64,000 nucleotides of DNA from Candidatus Nomurabacteria bacterium (GTDB lineage Bacteria; Patescibacteriota; Minisyncoccia; Phycocordibacterales; UBA9973), in contig JAPLXP010000011.1 in NCBI GenBank assembly GCA_026396015.1, positions 15,897 through 79,896 on the forward strand. The letters run 5' to 3'. The stretch's first letter is position 1. Every line of letters starts with the position of its first letter. The position numbers and the translations under genes were made by a program. Below, one piece after another: positions 9,605 through 19,111 of the stretch. The notes below the pieces were generated by a model. That model searched no databases. It had not been told where the DNA came from and saw nothing but the letters and a program-made list of their open reading frames with translations.

Positions 9605-11008
9605 ATGGATCAGACTGTATTACAAATATTGCTACAAGTAAAAGATGAGGCATCGGACTCGATGCGAAAGTTTGGCTCGTCTTTAAAAGATGCCGAAGGA
9701 GCCTCCAAGGGTTTTGCCCTTGGTCTTCTTGGTGTTGGTGTAGCAGCAGTTGGATTTGGATACAGTGTTGTAAAAGCGGCAGCTGAAGCGCAGTCGCAGA
9801 TTGCAAGTATGGATGCAACGCTCCGCTCTATGGGAAAAGGCGGAGAGGAAGCACACGACTCAATCATAAAAATGTCTCAAGCGGCGGTACAGCTTGGCTT
9901 TGATGATGAAGATGCAGCAGTGAGCTTGGCGCGTTTGTATCAACGTACTGGTGATTTGACTGAAGCACAAAAACTAAATGCTACAGCAATGGATCTAGCT
10001 CGAGCAAAACATATAGAGCTATCAATGGCGAGCAGTCTCGTGGGTATGGTAATGAGTGGCAACAGTCGTGTGTTGAAACAATTCGGTATCGACATCAAAG
10101 ATAGTGCCACTCCGCTAGAAGCACTCGGGATATTGCAACAAAAAGTTGGAGGGCAAGCGCAGGCATTCGCGGGAGGATTCCAAGGACAGATGGCAGTGCT
10201 TTCTGTCACCTTTGAGAATTTTAAAGAATCACTAGGGGATCAGGTACTACCGGCACTTACAAAACTAGCGACTGCGGCAACAGACTTCATAGTAAACGTA
10301 CTTCCAAAATGGATTGATAAAGCAAAACAACTGATTGAATTCCTGAAAGGACACCCTGCTGTTATGTATGCGATTGCCGGAGCAATTATCGGAGCTCTGG
10401 TCCCTGCAGTATATGCAGCAGTAACGGCGTTTATAGCTGCTGCCGTGGCGCTCGCACCATTCATTATTGGTGGTGCAATCATCGGCGGAATTGTTGCAGG
10501 CGTTTTATGGGTCGTGGATCACTGGAGCATGCTGAAAGAAAAAGCAGTAGAGATTTTCACTGCGGTCAAAGACTTTTTCAAGAAAGTCTGGGATGACATC
10601 AAAAATGTTTTCAAAGAAGCAATCGATTGGCTGATGGGTCTTATTCAACCATTTCTAGACGCGATCAATAAAGTAATTGGTGGAGCAAAATCAGTAGGTT
10701 CGCTTGTTGGTAAAAGTATAAATGCTGTCGGGCAAGGTCTCACCAATGTCGGGCATGCTCTTGGATTTGCAGATGGTGGAATAATTACAAAGCCAACATT
10801 CGCAATGATGGGTGAGGCGGGAGCTGAAGCAGTGATACCTCTTGATCGTTTAAAAAGTCTAACTGGTGGAGGATCGGTAACAAATAACCAAAACATACTG
10901 AACCTAAATATCAACGCAAAGGTCGATAGCAAGATTGATATCAGAAAAATGGCGGAGGATATCAGCTCAGTCATTATGGGACAGCTTAAGGCAAGTCAAC
11001 GCATATGA
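9605..11008 (+). CDS. Tape measure protein (short, 467 aa)
   Basis: Ala/Gly-rich helical, hydrophobic segments, W/F periodic repeats, C-terminal FADGGIITKPTFAMMGEAGAEAVIPL. Confidence 0.9.
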   Translation: MDQTVLQILLQVKDEASDSMRKFGSSLKDAEGASKGFALGLLGVGVAAVGFGYSVVKAAAEAQSQIASMDATLRSMGKGGEEAHDSIIKMSQAAVQLGFDDEDAAVSLARLYQRTGDLTEAQKLNATAMDLARAKHIELSMASSLVGMVMSGNSRVLKQFGIDIKDSATPLEALGILQQKVGGQAQAFAGGFQGQMAVLSVTFENFKESLGDQVLPALTKLATAATDFIVNVLPKWIDKAKQLIEFLKGHPAVMYAIAGAIIGALVPAVYAAVTAFIAAAVALAPFIIGGAIIGGIVAGVLWVVDHWSMLKEKAVEIFTAVKDFFKKVWDDIKNVFKEAIDWLMGLIQPFLDAINKVIGGAKSVGSLVGKSINAVGQGLTNVGHALGFADGGIITKPTFAMMGEAGAEAVIPLDRLKSLTGGGSVTNNQNILNLNINAKVDSKIDIRKMAEDISSVIMGQLKASQRI

Positions 11009-12495
11009 TAATCCTTAAAATAAATGGTACAGATAGGTCTTCACTTATTGAAAGAGACACTCTGCAAATAGACCAGATACTCACATCACAGGCAGACACG
11101 GCTGTCTTTAAGTATCGTAAATATGGAAGTAGAACCTTGGTCCCTGCAGTCGGCGATGACATAGGCATATACCAAAACACAACGAAGATATTCGGTGGCA
11201 CGATAACCTCAATAAAAGAGACAGAAATAAACTCAGCCGACGGACTACTCTATGAAGTGAGTGCTGTTGATTACACGTTTCTTCTTGATAGTAAATTGGT
11301 GAGCGAAACATATGCCAACCAAACTGTCGCATACATCATAAATGACATTCTCACGAAATATACTTCAGGTTTTACCTCAGTGAACGCATCAAGCACTTTC
11401 ACGATCACAAAAATTGTGTTCAATCAGATTCCAGCGAGTCAATGTATCAAACGTCTTGCGGATGTACTTCGTTATGACTGGTATATAGACGAAAATAAAG
11501 ACGTTCACTTTTTCTCAAAATTCACCAACAGTGCTCCCTATGATCTCACTGATACAAGTGGCAACTACGTCAACCAATCTCTTGAGCGTCAGATTGATGG
11601 CACGCAACTTGCTAACACGGTAAAGGTTCGTGGCGGTGAATATGACGGCGCGACATACACCGACAAAATTACAGTAAAAGGAAGCAACACAAAATCATTT
11701 CTACTCCCTTATAGGTTTTCAAATCTTGTGATCACTTTGAATGCTGTGAGTAAAACAGTAGGTATTGATAACATCGATGACTTCTCGACAAAAGATGTCC
11801 TGTATAACTTTGCCGAAAAAACAATCAGGTGGAATGCCGTACTTACCGATGGCGATCTCATCCAGTATTCGGGTAACCCAAAAATACCAGTCCTTGCAAT
11901 TGCGAGCGATCCCGCTTCGATAGCTCTCTATGGTGCAAAAGAAAAGTTGATACGCGATACAAGCATCCAAGACCTTACTGTTGCCCGTAAACGAGCCTCT
12001 GCTGAGGTGGATACATACAAAGATGCAATCAATCAAGGAACTTTCGAGACATACACAGCGGGCTTGCGTACAGGCATGGTTATAAACATTACGAGTACAC
12101 GCAGAAACATAAATACAGATTTCATTATAAGCAAAGTCACATTCAAGGCTCGAACTCTCAATGATTTTACATACTCTGTTGATCTTGTAACAACCAGACA
12201 ATTCGGTCTCATAGAACTTTTACAACAGCTCTTATTACCAGATCCTCGACAAGCTGATGATACGGAAGTAGCCGAAACCATAAAGACTGATACTGCTGAA
12301 GTGACGATTGATGAACTTATTTCCGTACTCTCTCCCTATCAAGATTTTGTAGTAGTCACTATTGCAGAAAACATTCTCAATGATCCGCTCGGCGCAGGTA
12401 TAGAGCCGACGTGGGTACTTGGTAATTACACACCGACAGCTCAGACAGATACCAAGCGCATGGGTCGTTTAGATTATTCGTTAAAAGTTTATTAA
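11005..12495 (+). CDS. Tail tip/hub protein
   Basis: 496 aa, ATGA overlap with tape measure; YDWYIDENKDVHFF, NTVKVRGG, SIALYG hub-like motifs. Confidence 0.75.
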   Translation: MIILKINGTDRSSLIERDTLQIDQILTSQADTAVFKYRKYGSRTLVPAVGDDIGIYQNTTKIFGGTITSIKETEINSADGLLYEVSAVDYTFLLDSKLVSETYANQTVAYIINDILTKYTSGFTSVNASSTFTITKIVFNQIPASQCIKRLADVLRYDWYIDENKDVHFFSKFTNSAPYDLTDTSGNYVNQSLERQIDGTQLANTVKVRGGEYDGATYTDKITVKGSNTKSFLLPYRFSNLVITLNAVSKTVGIDNIDDFSTKDVLYNFAEKTIRWNAVLTDGDLIQYSGNPKIPVLAIASDPASIALYGAKEKLIRDTSIQDLTVARKRASAEVDTYKDAINQGTFETYTAGLRTGMVINITSTRRNINTDFIISKVTFKARTLNDFTYSVDLVTTRQFGLIELLQQLLLPDPRQADDTEVAETIKTDTAEVTIDELISVLSPYQDFVVVTIAENILNDPLGAGIEPTWVLGNYTPTAQTDTKRMGRLDYSLKVY

Positions 12496-12501
12496 ACATA
12501 T

Positions 12502-13053
12502 ATGAATTTAAAAAGTGAAATGACAATCAAAGTAAACATAGACACGTTCGTTCTCGCAGAATGGGTGAGTGAAGTAGGGAAAGAAATAGCGATGCTTCGT
12601 GAATATGTGAAGACAGGTAAAAAAAGTATTTTGTCTGTTCTCAGAAAGACCGGAGCGCTTATCAAGCATTCACATCGACACAACTTGATCACCACTGCGG
12701 GGAGAACGGTACTCGCTCGCAGAATTGCAGGAAATACTACATACACAGGCGCAATCAATTATGGATTACTCGGTATGCAAGCAAGTCCGGTCCCTGCGAA
12801 TAGCAGTACACAACTTGGCACTGAAGTCTTTCGTAAACTTGCCGCAAGTCAAACATTCGATAACAACATCGCGTATGTAGATTTTTTCTACACAGCCGGC
12901 GATACAAACGGAACATATACAGAGTTTGGAAATGTGATTGATGGGACAGCAACTGTAAACACCGGGCAGTTGTTTTCTTACGTCGCAACTGGTGGTTGGG
13001 TGAAGTCGAACGCCCAGAGTCTTTTTGTCAGCTGTAAATATACCGTAAGTTAA
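12502..13053 (+). CDS. Minor tail/baseplate protein
   Basis: HNLITTAGR..TQLGTEVFRK..NGTYTEFG..LFS motif of fibre-attachment proteins. Confidence 0.7.
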   Translation: MNLKSEMTIKVNIDTFVLAEWVSEVGKEIAMLREYVKTGKKSILSVLRKTGALIKHSHRHNLITTAGRTVLARRIAGNTTYTGAINYGLLGMQASPVPANSSTQLGTEVFRKLAASQTFDNNIAYVDFFYTAGDTNGTYTEFGNVIDGTATVNTGQLFSYVATGGWVKSNAQSLFVSCKYTVS

Positions 13054-13054
13054 T

Positions 13055-14179
13055 ATGAAAACTTGGAACGCAGGCGAGATTGTTCTCGCATCAGATTTGA
13101 ATGGAAATTTTATAGAAGCTAGACAGTTTCTATTTGGAGATGGTTCTGACGGTGATGTTACGATTTCAAGTAACACAGGATTGTCTCGAGATATGTACTA
13201 CAACAACCTGACTATTCAGACAGGCGTTGTTTTGAATTCAGCAGGATATAAAATTCACGTCAAAGCAACTCTTACTCAGCAAGGTACAGGCAAGATTGGT
13301 AGATCAGGAAATAATGCAAGCACTGGAAATACAGGTGGAAGCGCAAACAATGGATCAGGAAATAACTCTGTCGCAGGTGGAGCAGGTGGCTCTGGTGTCG
13401 GAGACGGAACACTCAAAGGGTCCGCAGCAGGAAAAAATGGAGCAAGTAGTGGAGGTGGGGGTGGAAATGGAAGTGGTGGATCATCTGGCAGTGCTGGCAC
13501 AACTGGCGATGCAAAATCATCCTGTATTGGAAGTAACGGTGCCGGTGGTGGCAATGGGGGTAACGGTGGCAATGCTACAAACTACGGTGGTGGGGGCGGA
13601 GGTGGTGCAAGCTCGGGAGGTACTGCAACAGGTGCAACCACAAAGCCTCGCAATCTTGTAAACGCCGAATTGATGGTGGATTTTGTGCTTGGAGTAGCAA
13701 CTCCCTATGAAGCAAATGCGGGTAGTGGCTCAGGTGGTGGAGGTGGAGGAGGCGGGGGATTCAATACTGGCCAACCACAATGGAACTATGGCGCAGCCGG
13801 AGGTGGAGGTGGTGGATCTGGATCACACGCTGGGAACTTCTTCATTGCTGCAAAAAATATCGTGATGAGTGGAAGCGGTAATCTTTTTGAATTCATCGGA
13901 GGCGTTGGAGGTAATGGTGGAAATGGGGGAAACGCTGCCGGTGCGACTGGCTCAGTTGGAGGTGCCGGCGGAGGTGGTGGAGCAGGTGCGGGAGGCAATG
14001 GAGGTTCAGGTGTTCTTATTTACGAATCACTCACTGGGACGCTTGCGTACTCACTTGCAGGTGGAGCAGCAGGAACAGTCGGATCAAGTGGCTCTCCTTC
14101 TGCCGGAGGTGGAGCGGGAGCTAACGGTGCCGCAGGTTCTGTCGGAAATGCAGGCACACTTTATACATTTAGTGTTTAA
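13055..14179 (+). CDS. Glycine-rich tail fibre / receptor-binding protein
   Basis: N-terminal WNAGEIVLASDLNGNF anchor, FGDGSDG, long Gly-rich tracts. Confidence 0.8.
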   Translation: MKTWNAGEIVLASDLNGNFIEARQFLFGDGSDGDVTISSNTGLSRDMYYNNLTIQTGVVLNSAGYKIHVKATLTQQGTGKIGRSGNNASTGNTGGSANNGSGNNSVAGGAGGSGVGDGTLKGSAAGKNGASSGGGGGNGSGGSSGSAGTTGDAKSSCIGSNGAGGGNGGNGGNATNYGGGGGGGASSGGTATGATTKPRNLVNAELMVDFVLGVATPYEANAGSGSGGGGGGGGGFNTGQPQWNYGAAGGGGGGSGSHAGNFFIAAKNIVMSGSGNLFEFIGGVGGNGGNGGNAAGATGSVGGAGGGGGAGAGGNGGSGVLIYESLTGTLAYSLAGGAAGTVGSSGSPSAGGGAGANGAAGSVGNAGTLYTFSV

Positions 14180-14184
14180 AAATT

Positions 14185-14616
14185 ATGGAATCACAAACAT
14201 ACGAAATCAAATGTTCAAAATGCGAAAAAATAGTAGGTCAAAGCTCAATCGAGAATCACAACGGTTTTATTTGTCAGACCTGTGATGACGAAACTCAACT
14301 GACAAATGCTCTTGCGGATGGGAAAAATTATGATCCAACAAATCTTGTGGATGAACGTCCAGAAAAATTTCAAGAAATAATCAAGAAAGCATTGTTTCAA
14401 AATCCATCTGCTTTGCTTTCTCTTAACTTCCATGAAGTCATCGAAGATGCAAAGAAAGAAATTCAAACAACCCTAGGGTTAGATGAACTTGATCATGCAC
14501 AAAAGGTCGAGCTTCTGCAAAAGATTGGAGATGAGGGTGATATCGTCGAAATGAGCGATCAGGATTTAAAAAATAAAGTGGACGTTGAAAAGAAAATACT
14601 TTCTGAGAAAAAATGA
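14185..14616 (+). CDS. Phage hypothetical protein with N-terminal zinc ribbon
   Basis: CSKC...CQTC followed by acidic helical region. Confidence 0.65.
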   Translation: MESQTYEIKCSKCEKIVGQSSIENHNGFICQTCDDETQLTNALADGKNYDPTNLVDERPEKFQEIIKKALFQNPSALLSLNFHEVIEDAKKEIQTTLGLDELDHAQKVELLQKIGDEGDIVEMSDQDLKNKVDVEKKILSEKK

Positions 14617-14879
14617 ACCCCGAACAATTCGAACAACTTCAAATAACCATTTCAAAACAGATTGAAATTACTGTTAATGGAAAAATCGACAATCTAAATA
14701 AGAAGGTCGACGACTACATCAAATCTGACAATGAGTGGAAGGATCGCGCCCAGCCAACAATAGAGCTCGGGACGAATGTTCGAGGATTCGGAAAGGTCTT
14801 TGCGTATCTCATAGGAACTGCGGCGGCGGTCGGAGGACTGTTCGCCTTGTTTGAGAGCTTATTCAAAGGCAAAAATTAA
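14613..14879 (+). CDS. Holin-like protein (coiled coil plus one C-terminal TM helix)
   Basis: VFAYLIGTAAAVGGLFALF; immediately upstream of endolysin. Confidence 0.55.
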   Translation: MNPEQFEQLQITISKQIEITVNGKIDNLNKKVDDYIKSDNEWKDRAQPTIELGTNVRGFGKVFAYLIGTAAAVGGLFALFESLFKGKN

Positions 14880-14908
14880 AAGATTAATAAAAATAAGTTA
14901 AAAAATAT

Positions 14909-15514
14909 ATGAATATACCATTTACACAAACACCCAACTACGCAACAGGTCCCACTAAGAAGTTAGTTGTAGTGCTCCATCTCACTCTCGGTGCATATAA
15001 CGGAGCTGTCTCATGGCTCTGTAATGGCAACAGACCAAACAGAACTTCTGCCCATTATGTCATTGGAAGAAATGAGGGCGAGAACATTCAACTTGTCAAA
15101 AACACTGACATCGCATGGCACGCCGGTAATGTCAGCAATCCAAATGACAGAGCTAAAAAAGTCATGCTGAAAAATCTTGACGGAACGTACGTGAATCCGA
15201 ATCAATACTGCATCGGCATTGAACTCGCAGCCGGATATGACGTGGATCAAGATGGCACAGTCGAGCCAAATGAAAGTGATATCACAGAATGGCAATACAA
15301 AGCACTCGCAGAGCTGGTGCAATCATTATCAGCAGATGTATCGCTTGGATTTATACTCGATGAAAAAAATATCATTATTCATGGCGACATTGCCGACTAC
15401 AAAGAAAAGCCAGAGATCGTTCGCACCAATCTTCTTGCTCGCCTATTTCCAAATAGACAACCGAGCAAGGACTCAATAAAATCACAAATTATTAGCCTCA
15501 TAAATCAACTTTAA
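14909..15514 (+). CDS. Endolysin, N-acetylmuramoyl-L-alanine amidase (Amidase_2)
   Basis: VVLHLT, SAHYVI, AWHAG, N..IGIE, IIIHGD motifs. Confidence 0.92.
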   Translation: MNIPFTQTPNYATGPTKKLVVVLHLTLGAYNGAVSWLCNGNRPNRTSAHYVIGRNEGENIQLVKNTDIAWHAGNVSNPNDRAKKVMLKNLDGTYVNPNQYCIGIELAAGYDVDQDGTVEPNESDITEWQYKALAELVQSLSADVSLGFILDEKNIIIHGDIADYKEKPEIVRTNLLARLFPNRQPSKDSIKSQIISLINQL

Positions 15515-15518
15515 TTCT

Positions 15519-15695
15519 ATGCAAATTTACCAATCAGCTTCAAAAATTGTTTTTATTCTCATGGCAGTCGCAACCATCGCGGGCATGCTTATCGGGAAGA
15601 TCGATGCCAAGGATTTCTTGACCCTAGCATCGATGGCATTCGCTTTTTACTTTGCCAATAAGGGGGATGGAAGCCAGCCATTCGCCGGTAAGTAG
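15519..15695 (+). CDS. Putative holin, 58 aa, two TM helices (not in ORF track)
   Basis: My translation MQIYQSASKIVFILMAVATIAGMLIGKIDAKDFLTLASMAFAFYFANKGDGSQPFAGK; directly after the amidase. Confidence 0.7.
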   Translation: MQIYQSASKIVFILMAVATIAGMLIGKIDAKDFLTLASMAFAFYFANKGDGSQPFAGK

Positions 15696-15700
15696 CTAGG

Positions 15701-15749
15701 TTTTCCACAGGCATTGACGCTTGCTCTATATACAACTATGTGATACTAT
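15701..15749 (+). promoter_or_regulatory. Sigma70-type promoter for the defence cassette with upstream DnaA-like box
   Basis: TTTTCCACA (15701-15709); TTGCTC-17-TACTAT with TG extension (15721-15749). Confidence 0.55.
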
Positions 15750-15776
15750 CTACTATATAGCTTATATTAGATACGT

Positions 15777-16841
15777 ATGAACGATCACACAGACAAATTT
15801 GATAAGAGAATTAAAAGCCCAGAGCCACATATTGTGGCTATTTTGGCTGAAATTGACGGCATAAGAGGGGAATTCAAGTCAGGACTTCGTATGACACCAC
15901 AAGCGATAACCAGCCTCAAAAAGTCTGTTTTGGTGACTTCAGCCGGAGCGTCTACTCGTATCGAGGGGTCAAAATTAAACGACGAGGAGGTGCAAGAAAT
16001 TCTCAGTAAACTTTCAATCTCAAAATTCTCCGATCGTGATTCGCAAGAAGTACAGGGTTACCTCGAGACATTACAAAATGTATTCGACAGCTACCAAGCA
16101 TTGCCACTTCGTGAAGGTGTGATTACTTCACTTCATAATGAATTGATGAAGTATTCCGACAAAGATAAACTCCACAAAGGGAGCTATAAAAAACAGGAAA
16201 ATCTTGTTGGTGTTGCCAATGACAAAGGTGAAGTAACTAAAATTATATTCGAAACTACACCTGCGTGGCTTGCACCGAAGGAAATGACTGAGATTGTTGA
16301 TTGGTCATTTGATGCATTAGAGAAAAATAGATTCCATCCACTGCTTGTCATCGCAAATTTCCTCGTGGAGTTTTTGAAGATTCACCCATTCCAAGATGGA
16401 AACGGTCGTATGTCTCGTGTCCTCACGAACATGCTTCTTTTGCGATCAGGATACCAATTCGTAGAGTACGTCTCACATGAGCAGATTGTTGAGCGAAGAA
16501 AAGATGAATACTATCTTGCACTCCGAAAATCTCAAGAATCGTTCAAAACAGAACACGATACCATCGCACCATGGCTTAATTACTTCCTATCAGTAGTGAA
16601 GGAGCAGGCAACAAAAGCACTCGTATACCTTGAAGAAGAAAAGTTCGAAGATGTACTATCACCAAAACAATACGAAGTATGGAAGTACCTCTCGGGTGTC
16701 GGTGAAGCAAGTCCGGCAGAAATTACCAAAGAGACCGGTATTCTTATTGCAACGGTCAGACAATCACTCCTGCGATTAATGGAGCTAGGTAAGGTAAAAC
16801 GTACCGGTCGAGGTCCGCAAACTAGATATGTAAAAATATAA
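15777..16841 (+). CDS. Fic family protein (class II) with C-terminal winged HTH
   Basis: HPFQDGNGRMSR catalytic motif; STRIEG inhibitory motif; C-terminal HTH. Confidence 0.93.
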   Translation: MNDHTDKFDKRIKSPEPHIVAILAEIDGIRGEFKSGLRMTPQAITSLKKSVLVTSAGASTRIEGSKLNDEEVQEILSKLSISKFSDRDSQEVQGYLETLQNVFDSYQALPLREGVITSLHNELMKYSDKDKLHKGSYKKQENLVGVANDKGEVTKIIFETTPAWLAPKEMTEIVDWSFDALEKNRFHPLLVIANFLVEFLKIHPFQDGNGRMSRVLTNMLLLRSGYQFVEYVSHEQIVERRKDEYYLALRKSQESFKTEHDTIAPWLNYFLSVVKEQATKALVYLEEEKFEDVLSPKQYEVWKYLSGVGEASPAEITKETGILIATVRQSLLRLMELGKVKRTGRGPQTRYVKI

Positions 16842-16845
16842 ATTT

Positions 16846-19107
16846 ATGGCACTACCAGATAACGAAAAACGAGACATTATAAAATACATTGAAGCCGACA
16901 AGCCATTGCCGGATAAATACCGCTTTCAACTTTTTGAAGATAAGCGTGAAGTTGAGCTTGTGTGGAATGGAAAAACAAATGATGTCACAAATGTCGTTCT
17001 CCCTTTTCAAATCATTGAGCAGATTGATGAGCCAAGAAGTGAGAAAGAAATAAAACTCCAAGCAACACTTTTTGATATTGATACTCGTGGCCGACAACTA
17101 AAAGGTTGGACGAATAAACTTATCTGGGGTGACAACAAATTGATTCTTTCAAGCCTCAAGAATGGTCCACTTCGACAAGAAATTGAGGAGCAAGGAGGTA
17201 TCAAGCTAATTTATATAGATCCACCTTTTGACGTAGGTGCTGATTTTTCAATGGATATAGAAATCGGGGACGAAGCTTTTACAAAACAACCATCGGTACT
17301 AGAAGAACTTGCTTATCGTGATACGTGGGGTAAGGGAGCTGATAGCTTTATCGCTATGATTTATGAACGTCTTCTATTAATGAGAGATCTCTTAGCACCT
17401 GAAGGAAGTATATTTGTGCATTGCGACACTCGCGTGAATAGTTACATACGCTTAGTCTTAGAGGAAATTTTTGGTAACGATAATTTTCACAACGAAATTG
17501 TCTGGCAAAGGAGTTCTAGTGGTAAAACCATTTCAAAAAATCTTTCAAGAGATACAGATACGATATTTTGGTACTCAAAATCTAATGACTACATAATAAA
17601 TTCGGTTTACCAGCCTCTCTCCGATACCACCATTGCCATGTACAGCATGGATGATAAAGATGGTAGAGGAAAATATCGTTTATACCCACTTCAAAAAACA
17701 GGAAGCCCGGGACCAGAAACAACATATGAATACGAAGATAATACCGGCAAAATGTGGAAGTGTCCTAAAAAAGGATGGAGGATGAGATTTCAAAAACTAA
17801 AAGCTTTGGAAAATGACGGAAGACTCTATTTTGAGGGCAATACTTTAGCTGAGAAAGCATACTGGAATGAGCGTGAAAATGAAGGAAGACTAGCTAATAA
17901 TTTATGGAATGATATATCTAATTTACAAGGATCTACTCCAGAGATTCTTGGTTATCCTACCCAAAAACCAGAGAAATTGTTGGAAAGAATTATTACCATG
18001 TCAACAAATAAGGACGATTTAGTGGCAGATTTTTTCTGTGGATCTGGTACTACACTAGCTGTTGCTGAAAAACTTGGACGTAAATGGATAGGATCTGACC
18101 TTGGTAAATTTGGAATCCATACTACTCGTAAGCGTATGATTGGAGTGCAACGCCAACTTAAAAAGGAAGACAAAAATTATCGAGCATTTGAAATTCTTAA
18201 TCTTGGTAAGTATGAGCGTCAACATTATATTGGTGTAAATACGAATCTTCGAGAAGAAGAAAAACAAAAACAGCTTGCTCAAAAAGAAAAAGATTTTGTA
18301 TCTCTCGTTTTATCAGCTTATAAGGCTGAGGAATGTGAAGGATTCAAAACTTTCTACGGAAAAAAGAATTCTCGACTAGTCGCAATTGGTCCTATAAATT
18401 TACCCCTTTCACGACTCTTTGTGGAAGAAGTGATAAAAGAATGCCAAGAAAAGCAGATCACAAAAGTTGATATTCTCGCTTTTGAATTTGAGATGGGCTT
18501 GTTTCCAAATATTCAGGAAGAAGCAAAAGACAAAGGTATTGATTTAGGACTTAAATACATACCTAGAGACGTTTTTGATAAGCGAGCAATCGAAAAGAAT
18601 CAAGTAGTTTTCAATGATGTTTCTTATATTGAAGTTAAACCAATTGTTAAGAAACGATCGGTAGCAATTGAGCTAGTTGATTTTTCTGTTTTTTATAACC
18701 AAGATTCCCTAAAAGAAGTTGAGGAAAACTTAAAAGCCGGTGGCAAAAAGCTTTTAATTGAAAATGGACAAATCATTAAAATTTCTAAAGATAAAGATGG
18801 TATTCTTGAGCGAGAAATTTTAACCAAGAAATGGACTGATTGGATCGATTATTGGGCCATTGACTTCAACTTTGAAAGTAAAAAGGAAATAATCGGCATT
18901 AAAGATAAAAGTGGGGAAGTGCAAGAATTCTGGACTGGTGACTATGTCTTTGAGAATGAATGGCAATCTTTTCGTACAAAAAAAGATCGCGGTTTAGAGA
19001 TGATAAGCATCGCGCGAGAATTGGAATCAGGTAAAAGAAAAATTGCAATCAAGGTCGTCGACATATTCGGTAACGATACGATGAAAATCATCGAGATCAC
19101 AGTATAA
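16846..19107 (+). CDS. mod: Type III R-M modification methyltransferase (Mod) with long C-terminal extension
   Basis: LIYIDPPF, YPTQKPEKLL, DFFCGSGTT (beta-class order); adjacent to Res. Confidence 0.9.
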   Translation: MALPDNEKRDIIKYIEADKPLPDKYRFQLFEDKREVELVWNGKTNDVTNVVLPFQIIEQIDEPRSEKEIKLQATLFDIDTRGRQLKGWTNKLIWGDNKLILSSLKNGPLRQEIEEQGGIKLIYIDPPFDVGADFSMDIEIGDEAFTKQPSVLEELAYRDTWGKGADSFIAMIYERLLLMRDLLAPEGSIFVHCDTRVNSYIRLVLEEIFGNDNFHNEIVWQRSSSGKTISKNLSRDTDTIFWYSKSNDYIINSVYQPLSDTTIAMYSMDDKDGRGKYRLYPLQKTGSPGPETTYEYEDNTGKMWKCPKKGWRMRFQKLKALENDGRLYFEGNTLAEKAYWNERENEGRLANNLWNDISNLQGSTPEILGYPTQKPEKLLERIITMSTNKDDLVADFFCGSGTTLAVAEKLGRKWIGSDLGKFGIHTTRKRMIGVQRQLKKEDKNYRAFEILNLGKYERQHYIGVNTNLREEEKQKQLAQKEKDFVSLVLSAYKAEECEGFKTFYGKKNSRLVAIGPINLPLSRLFVEEVIKECQEKQITKVDILAFEFEMGLFPNIQEEAKDKGIDLGLKYIPRDVFDKRAIEKNQVVFNDVSYIEVKPIVKKRSVAIELVDFSVFYNQDSLKEVEENLKAGGKKLLIENGQIIKISKDKDGILEREILTKKWTDWIDYWAIDFNFESKKEIIGIKDKSGEVQEFWTGDYVFENEWQSFRTKKDRGLEMISIARELESGKRKIAIKVVDIFGNDTMKIIEITV

Positions 19108-19111
19108 ATTT

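Noticed and set aside
13055-14179. Diversity-generating retroelement target in the tail fibre
   Set aside because: No reverse transcriptase and no TR/VR pair differing at adenines in the window; the repeats reflect Gly codons.
16846-19107. Phase-variable mod gene (phasevarion)
   Set aside because: No simple sequence repeat tract seen in or upstream of the gene.
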